Of a stretch of DNA of 64,000 nucleotides, positions 1 through 9,917 are shown piece by piece. The notes under the pieces were generated by a model. It saw only the letters and a list, made by a program, of their open reading frames with translations, did no database searches and was not told the DNA's origin. The stretch comes from Candidatus Thorarchaeota archaeon (GTDB lineage: Archaea > Asgardarchaeota > Thorarchaeia > Thorarchaeales > Thorarchaeaceae): assembly GCA_048882325.1 (NCBI GenBank), contig JBHLRS010000007.1, positions 1 through 64,000 of the forward strand, read 5' to 3'. The first letter of the stretch is position 1, and each line of letters begins with the position of its first letter. A program made the position numbers and the translations under genes.

Positions 1-402
1 CGGAGAGAAGAAATGGTAAACATGAGGGCTCATGCTCGAGCATTGAATGATCATCTGATCAATCTATTCAGAATTGAGGATGTCCTGTCAAATGTCAGAG
101 ATGAGCTGAAATATGTTCACGAATCTATTCGGTTGGTTTACGAAGAGAAGAACAGAACCATCCAAGAACGACAGGAACGTCTCTTCCTCTACTTGAATAT
201 CATTCTCGGAGCATCGATAGTCATTGAAGCAATTAACATATTGATTGACCCTTTCCGAGAGACCTTCGAGTACTTGGTTATTCGTTACGCAATGTCTTTC
301 ACGATCATTGCAATATTCGGAATCATTCTTCTCAGTATCTTTAGGAGAAAGGGCAGAGGAGATGAAAGAAAATCATTATCTAGTCCTCTCCCTGAAGATT
401 AG
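1..402 (+). CDS. Membrane protein, C-terminal fragment (long helix plus two TM segments, CorA-like tail topology); runs off the window 5' end
   Basis: Frame is open from base 1; an amphipathic helix is followed by two hydrophobic segments and a basic tail; no GMN motif. Overlaps the convergent SBP gene by 27 nt. Confidence 0.55.
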   Translation, partial: RREEMVNMRAHARALNDHLINLFRIEDVLSNVRDELKYVHESIRLVYEEKNRTIQERQERLFLYLNIILGASIVIEAINILIDPFRETFEYLVIRYAMSFTIIAIFGIILLSIFRRKGRGDERKSLSSPLPED

Positions 403-2445
403 AACAATCACAATTATGATGACAAGACCTGACCCTACTGATATGACAATTATTAGGGTTTGATAACCTCCATCACCAGGTCCAGTGTGGTTGTCAGTTG
501 GAGACGTATCAACTGTGTAATCTGAGATGGGTGGAGTTGTTAGTGGAGTTCCGGTCTTGTAGTAGTGATAGAAATATGGATCATGCATAGGATTGAAAAC
601 ATATCCATTATTGCGTGCCCCTTCCACATGGAAATTGAGCGCTTGATAGCCCCAGATGTAAGCACAATGTTCAACTATTGCCGCTTGCACATCCTCGTAA
701 AGAAAGATTCGCGTTGCCTCATCGGTTTCAACAGCTGCGTTATCGATCCATCCATCTATAGTTGCAGCATCCCACACAACACCATTCTCCCCAAGTGATC
801 CCTGTAGTCCAACATAAGACGCATAAACACCAGTCGACTTCACGATGGGTTTAGCATAGAAGTCTGGATCTGCATAATCAGGAGTCCAACCCAACCAATA
901 TACTGGAAGTTGGTGCATTCTCGTCAGGTACACATAGTTTGCCCACTCTAATGGCATAACATCAATTGTTAGCGGACTGGATGGATCAGTCGAGGCAGGA
1001 TCAGCTATGATGTTCTCTATTGCATCTTTAAGGAGAAGACCAGCAGCCCGTCGGTCATAATTCCCCGCGTTATAGTAAATATTGAGCTCATACGAGTTAT
1101 TAGCCCAGACAATATCTAGACCATTTGCCATGGCAATATTCCAGTGATTTACAGCTTCAAGCATATCTTGAGAGAACATGAAAAGATCATTATCGTGCGC
1201 AAACATACCTAGCGGGATCGGACCCTGGAGCTGGACACCCAGACCATCAATGATTTGGTCAATTAAACTATCATAGTCAAATGCATAGGAAACCGCAGCA
1301 CGTAATTCCCAATCCACAAATGGATTCAATCTGATATCGCCGGACACGTTCAGACTTGGATGCATATTGAATCCTATGAACATGATATCAAAGGTTGGAT
1401 TGCCTGCCCAGACCTTAATATCCGGGTTGAGGCTTTGTAGCGTACCATCACCAATGGTGCTTACATTGTTCCATATATAGTACGCATTTGAAGTAGGCCA
1501 ATAGCAGCCATCAGTTGTACCAACTTGAAGGTTGAGAATTCTACTATTCACGTCATGGTTTAGTTTGAATGTCACATCAGTGATTGAGCCAGCATAAGGA
1601 CGAATGGTCCTGGCAGCATCAGCTCTCCAATACTCCTCATTGAGAGTTAGCTCAATTCTGTCATCTTGAATCCATTGTACCAATTCATATGGACCCGTTC
1701 CACATGCTTCCTCATCCAATGTCTGGTCATAACTTTGAGGTGACACTCCACCATGATTCATAAAGAAGGATGGGCTGATCATAGAACAGACTGGTGCGGC
1801 TATAATCGAGATGAAGGGTGTAAATGGATAAGCTAAATTAATTGTGACCTCATAATAACCAGTCACCACAACAGCACTGACATTCTCGACCCAATTTGCC
1901 CAAGCTGCAATGTGTTCTGGACTCCCATCTCCATATGCATAAACTGCATCCTCAATGGCTTGTCCTCCAAGAATTGGTTCTGCAACCATCCAGACTGGTC
2001 CCCATCCATGATCCCAGCCACGTCCTAACATTCGCCAGAAGTTCATCTGTACTGCAGTTGCATTGAATTGCGTACCATCATGAAACGTCACACCTTGTCT
2101 AAGGGTGAAAGTATAGTTCAACCCGTCTGCTGATATTGCTACACTCTCGGCAAGCAATGGAACAGCAGGAGTTGTGTCTGCGGTATCCCACGGGTACGTA
2201 AACAATGTTTCATACACATTGTAGTGTATCCATTGGCCCATTGATTCGTAGTTCTTATGAGGATCCATATACTCTGGCATTATGATATCTTCCCAAATAA
2301 TGGAATGATCACTAGATTGCTGAGCACCAATGGAGTGATTGTGTGCTGTGACAATTTCTGTTGAAGTAGCAACTTGACTTAACAAAAAAACTGTCAGGAT
2401 CAAGACTTGCAGAACTAAGATTGACCTTCTTGGAATAATTCTCAA
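376..2445 (-). CDS. ABC transporter solute-binding protein, family 5 (DppA/OppA-like), C-terminal TM anchor
   Basis: Signal peptide; PLLAES..SADGLNYTFTLRQGVTFHDGT signature; GTGPY; GWTPDYADPD; Thr-rich linker, TM and basic tail. TTG start with a purine-rich SD. Confidence 0.92.
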   Translation of the reverse strand: MRIIPRRSILVLQVLILTVFLLSQVATSTEIVTAHNHSIGAQQSSDHSIIWEDIIMPEYMDPHKNYESMGQWIHYNVYETLFTYPWDTADTTPAVPLLAESVAISADGLNYTFTLRQGVTFHDGTQFNATAVQMNFWRMLGRGWDHGWGPVWMVAEPILGGQAIEDAVYAYGDGSPEHIAAWANWVENVSAVVVTGYYEVTINLAYPFTPFISIIAAPVCSMISPSFFMNHGGVSPQSYDQTLDEEACGTGPYELVQWIQDDRIELTLNEEYWRADAARTIRPYAGSITDVTFKLNHDVNSRILNLQVGTTDGCYWPTSNAYYIWNNVSTIGDGTLQSLNPDIKVWAGNPTFDIMFIGFNMHPSLNVSGDIRLNPFVDWELRAAVSYAFDYDSLIDQIIDGLGVQLQGPIPLGMFAHDNDLFMFSQDMLEAVNHWNIAMANGLDIVWANNSYELNIYYNAGNYDRRAAGLLLKDAIENIIADPASTDPSSPLTIDVMPLEWANYVYLTRMHQLPVYWLGWTPDYADPDFYAKPIVKSTGVYASYVGLQGSLGENGVVWDAATIDGWIDNAAVETDEATRIFLYEDVQAAIVEHCAYIWGYQALNFHVEGARNNGYVFNPMHDPYFYHYYKTGTPLTTPPISDYTVDTSPTDNHTGPGDGGYQTLIIVISVGSGLVIIIVIVLIFRERTR

Positions 2446-2501
2446 CCTCTTCCACTCCCAACTTAACCTCTAACTACGAAGCTCTAACACATTGGGGCAA
2501 A

Positions 2502-4487
2502 TCAATGTTTCCTTATTATGCCTATAGCCACAATACAGATGCCAATATATACCGATGCCAATAGAACCTGAATCAGAATGTTTGGAGCAAGTCTTCCTGT
2601 CGATTTATAGTAATGGTAAAAGTACGGTTCGCGCATTGGATTGTATACGTAACCGTTTATTTCAACCCGTTCAACGTGAAATTCAACACCTTGGTAAAGC
2701 CAAAGATATGCACAGTGATCGATGATAGCCTCTTGAATTTGAGTGTAGAGTGAGATCCTTGCAGAAGAATCCAACTCATTAGCCGCTGCGTCAATCCAGG
2801 CATCTATTGTAATGTGATCCCAGATGTAAGCACCCCTCCCATGTGAGCCCTCTAGACCTACCCTTTTTGGGAAAGTACTAGTGCTCTTGACAAAAGGCGT
2901 TATGTAATCATCAGGATCAGCATAGTTTGGAGCCCAACCTAGAAAAAAGATCGGTATCGAGGGCCGCCCGGGTTTGATTAGATATAGATACTTTGCCCAA
3001 TCAATACCAATTAGATTGATTGTAAGTGGGAGAGAAGGATCTAAGGATGCTGGATCAGCAATGATGATCTCGATAGCTTGCTTAAGCAGCAAGCATGTAT
3101 TCCAACGGATGAAACCACCCTCAACGTAGTAGATGTTAAACTCGTAAGAGTTGTTTGCCCAAACATCATCTAAACCTAGTACCATTGCTTGGTTCCACTG
3201 AAGAACTGCCTCTGACAAATTCAATTCAGGCGTGATAATATCATCATCATGCGCGAACATTCCTCTAGGAATCGGTCCTGCCAGGTGGATAGCGACTCCG
3301 TTTTGGGTGCTATCAATGAGAGCCTGACTATCAAACGCGTAGCTTACTGCTTTTCTAAGTTCGTAGATTCTGAAAGGATTCTCTACTATATTGCCTGAAT
3401 CATTTAGATGTTGGCGCATGTTGAATCCGAGAAATTCAATATTGTAATTTGGTAAACCAGTCCAGACCTTAATCTTAGGGTCAAGACTTTGCAATGTCCC
3501 ATCACCACGAGTAGTTACATTGTTCCAGATGTCATAAGCGTTGAAAAGGCTCCAATCACAACCATCTGACGCTCCTGCTTGAAGGTTCAGCATCCTGCTA
3601 TTGATATCCATATTCAACTTGAAAGTAACCTCTGACATGGATCCAACTTGTGGATGCATGATTTTGGCATTATTCTTCCTCCAATAATTTCCATTCAGAG
3701 CAATTGTAAGGTTTTCATCCTGAATCCATTCCTCAAGTATGTATGGTCCAGTACCGCATGCTTCCTCATTTAGTGTTAAATCGTCACTCTCCGGAGACAT
3801 GCCACCATGTGCCATAAAGAAAGTTGGACTCACTATCGACGCAACCGAGTAAGCAACGACTGTTAGAAATGGTGAATATGCATGAGCCAACCTAATTCGA
3901 ACAGTGAACTCATCCAAAACAATGATGGCATTAGAGGTCTCAATCCATTCCGTCCAGTTACCGATATGTTGTGGACTTCCATCTCCATATGCATAAACTA
4001 CATCCTCAATGGTTTGTCCTCCAAGAATTGGTTCTGCAATCATCCATACTGGTCCGAAACCAGAATCCCAACCTCTGCCTAGCATTCGCCAGAAGTTCAT
4101 TTGCACGCATGTCGCATTGAATGATGTACCATCATGGAAGGTGATCCCTTGTCGGAGTGTGAAGGTATAATTGAGTCCATCACTAGATATGTGAACACTC
4201 TCAGCCAAAAGGGGAATTATTGGCCTCGTGTCAGCTGAATCAAAATCATAGGTAAAGAGGGTTTCATAGATGTTCGCATGAATCCACCCACCAGCACTTT
4301 CATAGTTTTTATGCGGATCCATGTACTCAGGCAAAGCGAATGTTTCCCAGATTATTTGATTTGTTCTCAATAAGACAGGATTAGTGGGTTCAGCAAATGC
4401 GACCAAAGTAGCTGGTTGATAAGCAAGAACAAGTAATAGGAGAAATATCGGGTTGGCTAGGCCAAACTTCTTCCTTTCTCTTGACAA
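2502..4487 (-). CDS. ABC transporter solute-binding protein, family 5 (paralog of the adjacent gene)
   Basis: Same motifs (PEYMDPHKNYES, YTFTLRQGITFHDGT, QMNFWRMLGRGWD, GTGPY). Likely TTG start at 4487 after a GGAGGGAG SD; ORF track starts at 4529. Confidence 0.92.
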   Translation of the reverse strand: MSRERKKFGLANPIFLLLLVLAYQPATLVAFAEPTNPVLLRTNQIIWETFALPEYMDPHKNYESAGGWIHANIYETLFTYDFDSADTRPIIPLLAESVHISSDGLNYTFTLRQGITFHDGTSFNATCVQMNFWRMLGRGWDSGFGPVWMIAEPILGGQTIEDVVYAYGDGSPQHIGNWTEWIETSNAIIVLDEFTVRIRLAHAYSPFLTVVAYSVASIVSPTFFMAHGGMSPESDDLTLNEEACGTGPYILEEWIQDENLTIALNGNYWRKNNAKIMHPQVGSMSEVTFKLNMDINSRMLNLQAGASDGCDWSLFNAYDIWNNVTTRGDGTLQSLDPKIKVWTGLPNYNIEFLGFNMRQHLNDSGNIVENPFRIYELRKAVSYAFDSQALIDSTQNGVAIHLAGPIPRGMFAHDDDIITPELNLSEAVLQWNQAMVLGLDDVWANNSYEFNIYYVEGGFIRWNTCLLLKQAIEIIIADPASLDPSLPLTINLIGIDWAKYLYLIKPGRPSIPIFFLGWAPNYADPDDYITPFVKSTSTFPKRVGLEGSHGRGAYIWDHITIDAWIDAAANELDSSARISLYTQIQEAIIDHCAYLWLYQGVEFHVERVEINGYVYNPMREPYFYHYYKSTGRLAPNILIQVLLASVYIGICIVAIGIIRKH

Positions 4488-4654
4488 TGCATCTCCCTCC
4501 AGATGAATGAAGAATGATTTACCTAACAATCAGTGCTCCTTCCAAATCAATATGACGATTCTTTGATTTTGAGGAAGAACAGAATATGTGGATAGGTGCA
4601 TTCAGCAAACCTTAATCAGTTAGGATGTGTATTCACCAGCTGTCTGAGGTGTGT

Positions 4655-5710
4655 ATGGTGCGTACCTGCGAAAAATGTGGTAAAGCCAATCAACCAACGC
4701 GAAAATTCTGTATCAGATGTGGAGCATCACTTATTGCGAAGGAAGCTCCGAAAGAAAAAGCACCACTACCTGAAGCTCCTGCAGCAACACCTGTCGCAGA
4801 ATCTCAACCAACAGCTCCACCTCCATCTGGCACAGAGGAGAAATGGGTGAAACCTAGTCAGGTGGCTAAAGACCGTGTCAGAACTGCTGGAGGACTCACT
4901 CGCCCAAAATCAGAGTTCGAGAAAGCTAAGGAAGCATTTGCTAAAGCTGAAACTGTAGGAATTGACGAGGCTGATGGTTCAGGAGTCGTTGAAACTCGCA
5001 TGCTTCGTGCAAGCGAAGTAAAAGAATTACTTGAAGGACCAGGGATGATGGCTGGAGGTGAAGAAATTCCACCTCCTACAATGATGGAGGGCAGTGAACC
5101 ACTACCACCTGAAGCAGCTCATTTGATACCTCAATCAGCTCCTACACAGTCACAGATTGAGGAATCGATACTCGGTTCAAAATCTGCTTATGTCGAGCAT
5201 CCTCCTGAGCCAGAACCTGATAACCCTCCTGTTGATGAAGCACCAGTTTCTGCAGATTTCTCATCATCACAGTATGAAATGGACAGTGAACCCCCAGTCC
5301 TTGAGGCAACTACGGTGCAACAGCCAACAGATACTCTTCAAGAAGTAGCAGCTGAACCAGACGCGACGGGCTTCGCTCCTATCGCTCAACCACCTCCAGC
5401 TGAACCTGCACCAGCTCCGATTCCAGAACCAAAACCAGCAACAAAACCAGATGCTGATCTTGACCTCGTAATTACTTGCCCAGATTGTGGCAAGGTCATC
5501 AACGTAGATATGTTTGAGTATCCAAAAGATGTTTACATCCAAATGGGAGCTGCCAGACTGAAGCAGGCTCGGTTCTTTGTTGTACAAGGCAAACCTAATG
5601 AAGCCATGCAAGCGGTCCGAAAGGCGCGTGCTCTCTATGAGAAGGCAGACGACAAGAAGGGTCTCAGAGAAGTCCTGAAACTAGTCGAATCTCTCGCAAA
5701 AGCTGGTTAA
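4655..5710 (+). CDS. Zinc-ribbon protein with long Pro/Glu-rich disordered linker and C-terminal CxxC plus helical domain
   Basis: N-terminal CEKC..CIRC ribbon, low-complexity P/E/A middle, C-terminal CPDC and helical hairpin. GAGGTG SD precedes ATG 4655. Confidence 0.8.
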   Translation: MVRTCEKCGKANQPTRKFCIRCGASLIAKEAPKEKAPLPEAPAATPVAESQPTAPPPSGTEEKWVKPSQVAKDRVRTAGGLTRPKSEFEKAKEAFAKAETVGIDEADGSGVVETRMLRASEVKELLEGPGMMAGGEEIPPPTMMEGSEPLPPEAAHLIPQSAPTQSQIEESILGSKSAYVEHPPEPEPDNPPVDEAPVSADFSSSQYEMDSEPPVLEATTVQQPTDTLQEVAAEPDATGFAPIAQPPPAEPAPAPIPEPKPATKPDADLDLVITCPDCGKVINVDMFEYPKDVYIQMGAARLKQARFFVVQGKPNEAMQAVRKARALYEKADDKKGLREVLKLVESLAKAG

Positions 5711-6498
5711 GCAGTCAACCAGAGTTCATTAAACCGCTCTCGCTCTCTTGGGAAATCCGCGAGACATTCACACATCATTAGAAACTTTCCATCGTAACCA
5801 CGCTGCTTTAGGTCTCCGAAGATAGCGCAAAAGTCAATTTCACCCTGACCAATGGGTAGATGGGTGTCATATCTAACTGCAAGTTCTCTAATCTCCCCTT
5901 GAGACACCTCCCTCTCTTTCTTTATCTTCAAAACATCGTCCAACATCTTTGAACCATTGTTATCATGAACGTTTACCATCGCGATTTGGTCATAGAAAGA
6001 GGTGATGTGATTAAGGGCGCGGTTTCTCTTAGCTAGGATTTGACCGTGACCGATATCCAATGCCATTTTCATATTCGGGAACATATCGAACAAGAGCTGG
6101 GTTTCAGTGTAAAAGAGTCCTAGGGTTTCAATGGCCAAAGTCACACCAGATTCCTTTGATGCCTCACATGCAAGAGGTAGGGCTTTCAGGAAGATATCAA
6201 TATCATGATCATCATAGAAAAGTGTGGACAACATAGTGTGAAATGTGACAATCTCTGCATCAATCCGTCTACCCAAGTCTATGTAGGGTACGATACCTCT
6301 ACTCAGCTCGATTGGCTTCCAATCAGGATTACTCGGAAGATGAAGGGTACAAGGGATACCAGCATTGTTCAGATCCGTCTTAGCCTCTGCGAAGTTGATA
6401 CTGAAATTTAGGTCCATACGCAGATCCACAAAATCAGGTTCCATCTCAATGGCTTTCCGAACCTGCTCATTGTTGCGTGCGAAGGTGCCAATCTCCAT
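5707..6498 (-). CDS. Xylose-isomerase-like TIM-barrel protein (sugar-phosphate isomerase/epimerase, AP endonuclease 2 family)
   Basis: Metal-binding motifs HLP, LAIET, LDIGH, VHDNNG, HLPIGQGEIDF, GYDG. Confidence 0.85.
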   Translation of the reverse strand: MEIGTFARNNEQVRKAIEMEPDFVDLRMDLNFSINFAEAKTDLNNAGIPCTLHLPSNPDWKPIELSRGIVPYIDLGRRIDAEIVTFHTMLSTLFYDDHDIDIFLKALPLACEASKESGVTLAIETLGLFYTETQLLFDMFPNMKMALDIGHGQILAKRNRALNHITSFYDQIAMVNVHDNNGSKMLDDVLKIKKEREVSQGEIRELAVRYDTHLPIGQGEIDFCAIFGDLKQRGYDGKFLMMCECLADFPRERERFNELWLTA

Positions 6499-6591
6499 TT
6501 CTTTCGACCTGTGACCCCAGGAAATTCATATGCCTTTTCTGGCTTTTGGTGCATGGACAAAGCCTTGCAACATGGGCGATACTGTTATTAG

Positions 6592-7170
6592 ATGAATAGC
6601 GTTTCCAAGTTTCAAAGGCGCTATCCGCGGAGCGTACAGACACTGCCAGAGAATGTTGACTATCTCTTCAAACTGGTCTTTCTCGGAGAGGGAGCAGTAG
6701 GTAAAACAAGTCTGGTAGGTCGTTATGTCTATGATAGCTTTGAGGGCGATTACTTAGCCACCATTGGAACTGATATTCATGTGAAGATGGTGAATGTCGA
6801 TGATACAGTAGTGAAGTTGGTCATATGGGACATAGCTGGCCAAGATAACTTCGCACAACTCAGAAGGGCCTATTACATGAACGCTTCTGGGGCATTTTTC
6901 GTGTTCGACACAACGCGCCCTGAAACGCTCGAACGTGTAGACGAGTGGCTAAATGCACTATTCACAGTGACTGGAAAGATTCCGTTGGTTCTTCTGGAGA
7001 ACAAGACTGATTTGGAGAGTTTAGTCACAGAGGGTTCAAAGGATGCTGTGACAAAGAAACATGGTTTTCCAATCATTCCGACAAGCGCAAAAGAAGATAC
7101 AAATGTTGAAGAAGCTTTTAGACAAATGACTCGTGATATACTAGACAAGTCTCGCGACAAGACAGTCTAG
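6592..7170 (+). CDS. Rab-like small GTPase (Ras superfamily)
   Basis: G1 GEGAVGKT, G2 TIG, G3 WDIAGQ, G4 NKTD, G5 TSAK; RabF-like IGTDI/KLVIW/YYMNA. No C-terminal Cys. Confidence 0.93.
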   Translation: MNSVSKFQRRYPRSVQTLPENVDYLFKLVFLGEGAVGKTSLVGRYVYDSFEGDYLATIGTDIHVKMVNVDDTVVKLVIWDIAGQDNFAQLRRAYYMNASGAFFVFDTTRPETLERVDEWLNALFTVTGKIPLVLLENKTDLESLVTEGSKDAVTKKHGFPIIPTSAKEDTNVEEAFRQMTRDILDKSRDKTV

Positions 7171-7194
7171 CTAAAGAGCCATAGGAGATATGTA

Positions 7195-7713
7195 ATGGTG
7201 GCCTCATCTGAACCGGACTTCGTTCATAAGCTAGTGTTTCTAGGTGATAGTGGTGTTGGGAAGACCTCACTTGTCCAACGATATGTTTACGACAGTCTTG
7301 CACCCGATATTGGTAGGACCATAGGCGCTATGCTTCATGTCAAGTCGGTCGACTTCGAAGGTGCAAAGCACAAACTGGTCGTGTGGGATCTCGGAGGTCA
7401 AGTTGCTTTTGCTGCTTTGAGAGAACAGTACTGTTCTCGAGCTTCTGGAGCGTTCTTTGTCTTTGACAGAACACGTGTAGAGACCCTAGAGCATATCGAT
7501 GATTGGCTCAGCTCACTTTACTCAGCAGCAGGTGAAATACCTGTTGTGGCAGTTGAGAATAAGATAGACTTAGAGTCTGTCATTACTGAAGAACAGATTA
7601 CAGGAGTACTCGAGGCACGCGGCTTAAAGTGGATAAGGACCAGTGCACTTGAGAATACAAATGTTAACATGGCTTTTGAAGAGCTTGTGAAGGAGATTCG
7701 CAGTCCAAAATAA
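7195..7713 (+). CDS. Rab-like small GTPase, second tandem paralog
   Basis: G1 GDSGVGKT, G2 TIG, G3 WDLGGQ, G4 NKID, G5 TSAL; GGAG SD. Confidence 0.92.
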   Translation: MVASSEPDFVHKLVFLGDSGVGKTSLVQRYVYDSLAPDIGRTIGAMLHVKSVDFEGAKHKLVVWDLGGQVAFAALREQYCSRASGAFFVFDRTRVETLEHIDDWLSSLYSAAGEIPVVAVENKIDLESVITEEQITGVLEARGLKWIRTSALENTNVNMAFEELVKEIRSPK

Positions 7714-7717
7714 TGAT

Positions 7718-8404
7718 TCAATCTAGCATACTCTCAGGTTCTTCATTATATGCTATTCCAAGTTTCTTGCGTTCATTTGTTACGATGTACACTGCTGATT
7801 CTGCGATTCGTATTGCCTGGTCTGCAGCTCGTTCACAGTATCGTCCGACAATGATGTAGTACATCGCGAGTTCACTGATGTCTCTTCTTTTGTTCAAATA
7901 CTCAGCAATCTCCTCAAACATGTCAGCAGCCTCACTGTCACTCTGAGCCTCTAATTTTTCTAATTCGTCAATCTCGGTGAGGTCCTCATCAAGCACAGCC
8001 TTGATACTAAGGTCTAGGGATGAAATAGCGAGCTCTGACAGATAGGGAAGTGAAACCAACTCTTTGAAGTGATCAAGGTCTGCGCATAGTTCAGTTATAT
8101 TGGCAATCTTGTCTGCGTATCTTCCAACTCTGTGAAGACATGTTGATGTTGTCCCATAGGTGATGAGACGTCGGAGGTCAATGCCAGTTGGTTGACACTT
8201 TGAAACAGTGTCATAGACCATGTCCTCTATCAGATTATGAACATTCTCAACCTGGTCTGACACTGCTCTCGCTTTATCAGCTAGGTCGGTGTCTAAGTCC
8301 TCGAACGCCTTCATCGACTGTGTGAAAGCCGTGGCTACGAGCGTGTGGAGGTTTGTCAACTGCTCAGTTACTTTCTTGATATCTGAGGTAGGGTCTGGAC
8401 ACAT
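7718..8404 (-). CDS. phoU: Phosphate uptake regulator PhoU family protein (paralog 2)
   Basis: Two PhoU helical repeats (DLRRL..LHRVGRY; GRYCERAADQA..IAE) at the end of the pst operon. Likely ATG at 8404. Confidence 0.88.
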   Translation of the reverse strand: MCPDPTSDIKKVTEQLTNLHTLVATAFTQSMKAFEDLDTDLADKARAVSDQVENVHNLIEDMVYDTVSKCQPTGIDLRRLITYGTTSTCLHRVGRYADKIANITELCADLDHFKELVSLPYLSELAISSLDLSIKAVLDEDLTEIDELEKLEAQSDSEAADMFEEIAEYLNKRRDISELAMYYIIVGRYCERAADQAIRIAESAVYIVTNERKKLGIAYNEEPESMLD

Positions 8405-8456
8405 TGTAGTACAACCAACCAAGTCTGATAGTAATTGACAGATTAAGATGTTGCGA

Positions 8457-9143
8457 TTAGTGGGGAGCTTGGCTTGCTTTTCCTTTGTATGCAAGTCCGA
8501 GTTTTTTTCTCTTGCCAGTTATCATGTATACTGCCTTCTCAGCGATTAAGAAAGCTTGATCCGCTGCTCGCTCGCAGTACCTTCCAACAAGAATGTAGAA
8601 CAATGCCATCTCTTCGATGTCATCACGCTCACGAAGGTACTGTACAATCTCTTCAAACATCTCCGCGGTTTCTTTATCGCTGTCTGCCTCTAGTTTCTCA
8701 AGTTCATCTATTTGCGATAGGTCCTCCTCAAGAATTCCTTTCATTGCAATATCAAGTGTCTTCACAGCCAAGTCTGCTAGATAGGGAAGTGAGATCAGCT
8801 CCTTGAAATGCTCCAAATTCTCACAAAGGTTGGTGATGTGTGCAATCTTATACGAATATCTACCAACACGAAACAGACTATGAGATATTTGGAGATAGAC
8901 GGACAGTCTTCTCAGGTCTTTAGCAACAGGTTGTCTCCGACCTATTGTTTCTACGACATTACGTTCAATACGGTCTGAAAGATCCTCAATTTCACGAGTT
9001 AGTTCCTTTACTTGATGAGCTTCTTCCTGATCTAGTTTCTTGAACGCATCCATCGCTTCCACAAGTGATTTTGCTGCAAGCCCATATAGCGTGCTTAGTC
9101 TTTTCTCTATCTCCATCAAGTAGAACTCTAGTTGTGTAGCCAT
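8457..9143 (-). CDS. phoU: Phosphate uptake regulator PhoU family protein (paralog 1)
   Basis: QPVAKDLRRL and GRYCERAADQA..IAEKAVYMITG motifs; directly follows pstB. Confidence 0.9.
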   Translation of the reverse strand: MATQLEFYLMEIEKRLSTLYGLAAKSLVEAMDAFKKLDQEEAHQVKELTREIEDLSDRIERNVVETIGRRQPVAKDLRRLSVYLQISHSLFRVGRYSYKIAHITNLCENLEHFKELISLPYLADLAVKTLDIAMKGILEEDLSQIDELEKLEADSDKETAEMFEEIVQYLRERDDIEEMALFYILVGRYCERAADQAFLIAEKAVYMITGKRKKLGLAYKGKASQAPH

Positions 9144-9152
9144 AATACTCAC

Positions 9153-9917
9153 CTATCCAATTCGTCCTGTAATGAATGCCTCGGTTCTCTCGTCAGCCGG
9201 GGCTTCAAGTATCCTCTGTGTCTTATCAAATTCAACGAGGTCTCCTAGATACAGAAATGCTGCTTGATCGGACACCCTGAATGCCTGTTGTACATTGTGA
9301 GTGACCAAAATGATTGTGTAATCCTTCTTCAGTTCAACAATCAGTTCCTCAATCTTTGCTGCACTTATGGGGTCCAAAGCAGAAACCGGTTCATCAGCTA
9401 GCAAAACTGGTGGGTCCACAGACAGTGCACGTGCAATGCAGAGTCGCTGTTGTTGCCCACCTGAAAGATTGGGAGCTGGTTTCTCTAAATCCTCCTTTAC
9501 CTCATCCCAAAGAGCAGCCTTCTTCAATGAGGTTTCAACGATTTTCTCCAGCTCATCCTCATCTTTTGCTCCATGAAGTTTAGGACCATAAGTCAAGTTG
9601 TCTCTAATACTCATCGGAAATGGATTAGGCCTTTGAAAGACCATCCCTATATGTTTACGAAGATCATAAACACTGTAGCCTACTTCATAGATGTTCTGAC
9701 CGTTGAACAGCACCTCACCTTGTTTCTGAAAGTTTGGAACTAGGTCATTTAGACGATTAAGGGTTCGAAGAAGAGTACTCTTTCCACACCCACTAGGACC
9801 CATAATGGCAGTCACAGTGTTGTCCTCGAAGTAACACGATATATCCTTCAGAACTGCCTTCTTCCCAAACCAAGTTGATAAGTTCCGAATCTCGATGTGA
9901 TATCTAAAGTCTGACAA
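9153..9917 (-). CDS. pstB: Phosphate ABC transporter ATP-binding protein
   Basis: GPSGCGKST, GMVFQRPNPFPMSI, LSGGQQQRLCIARAL, DEPVSALDPIS, FITGRIG. Confidence 0.97.
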   Translation of the reverse strand: MSDFRYHIEIRNLSTWFGKKAVLKDISCYFEDNTVTAIMGPSGCGKSTLLRTLNRLNDLVPNFQKQGEVLFNGQNIYEVGYSVYDLRKHIGMVFQRPNPFPMSIRDNLTYGPKLHGAKDEDELEKIVETSLKKAALWDEVKEDLEKPAPNLSGGQQQRLCIARALSVDPPVLLADEPVSALDPISAAKIEELIVELKKDYTIILVTHNVQQAFRVSDQAAFLYLGDLVEFDKTQRILEAPADERTEAFITGRIG

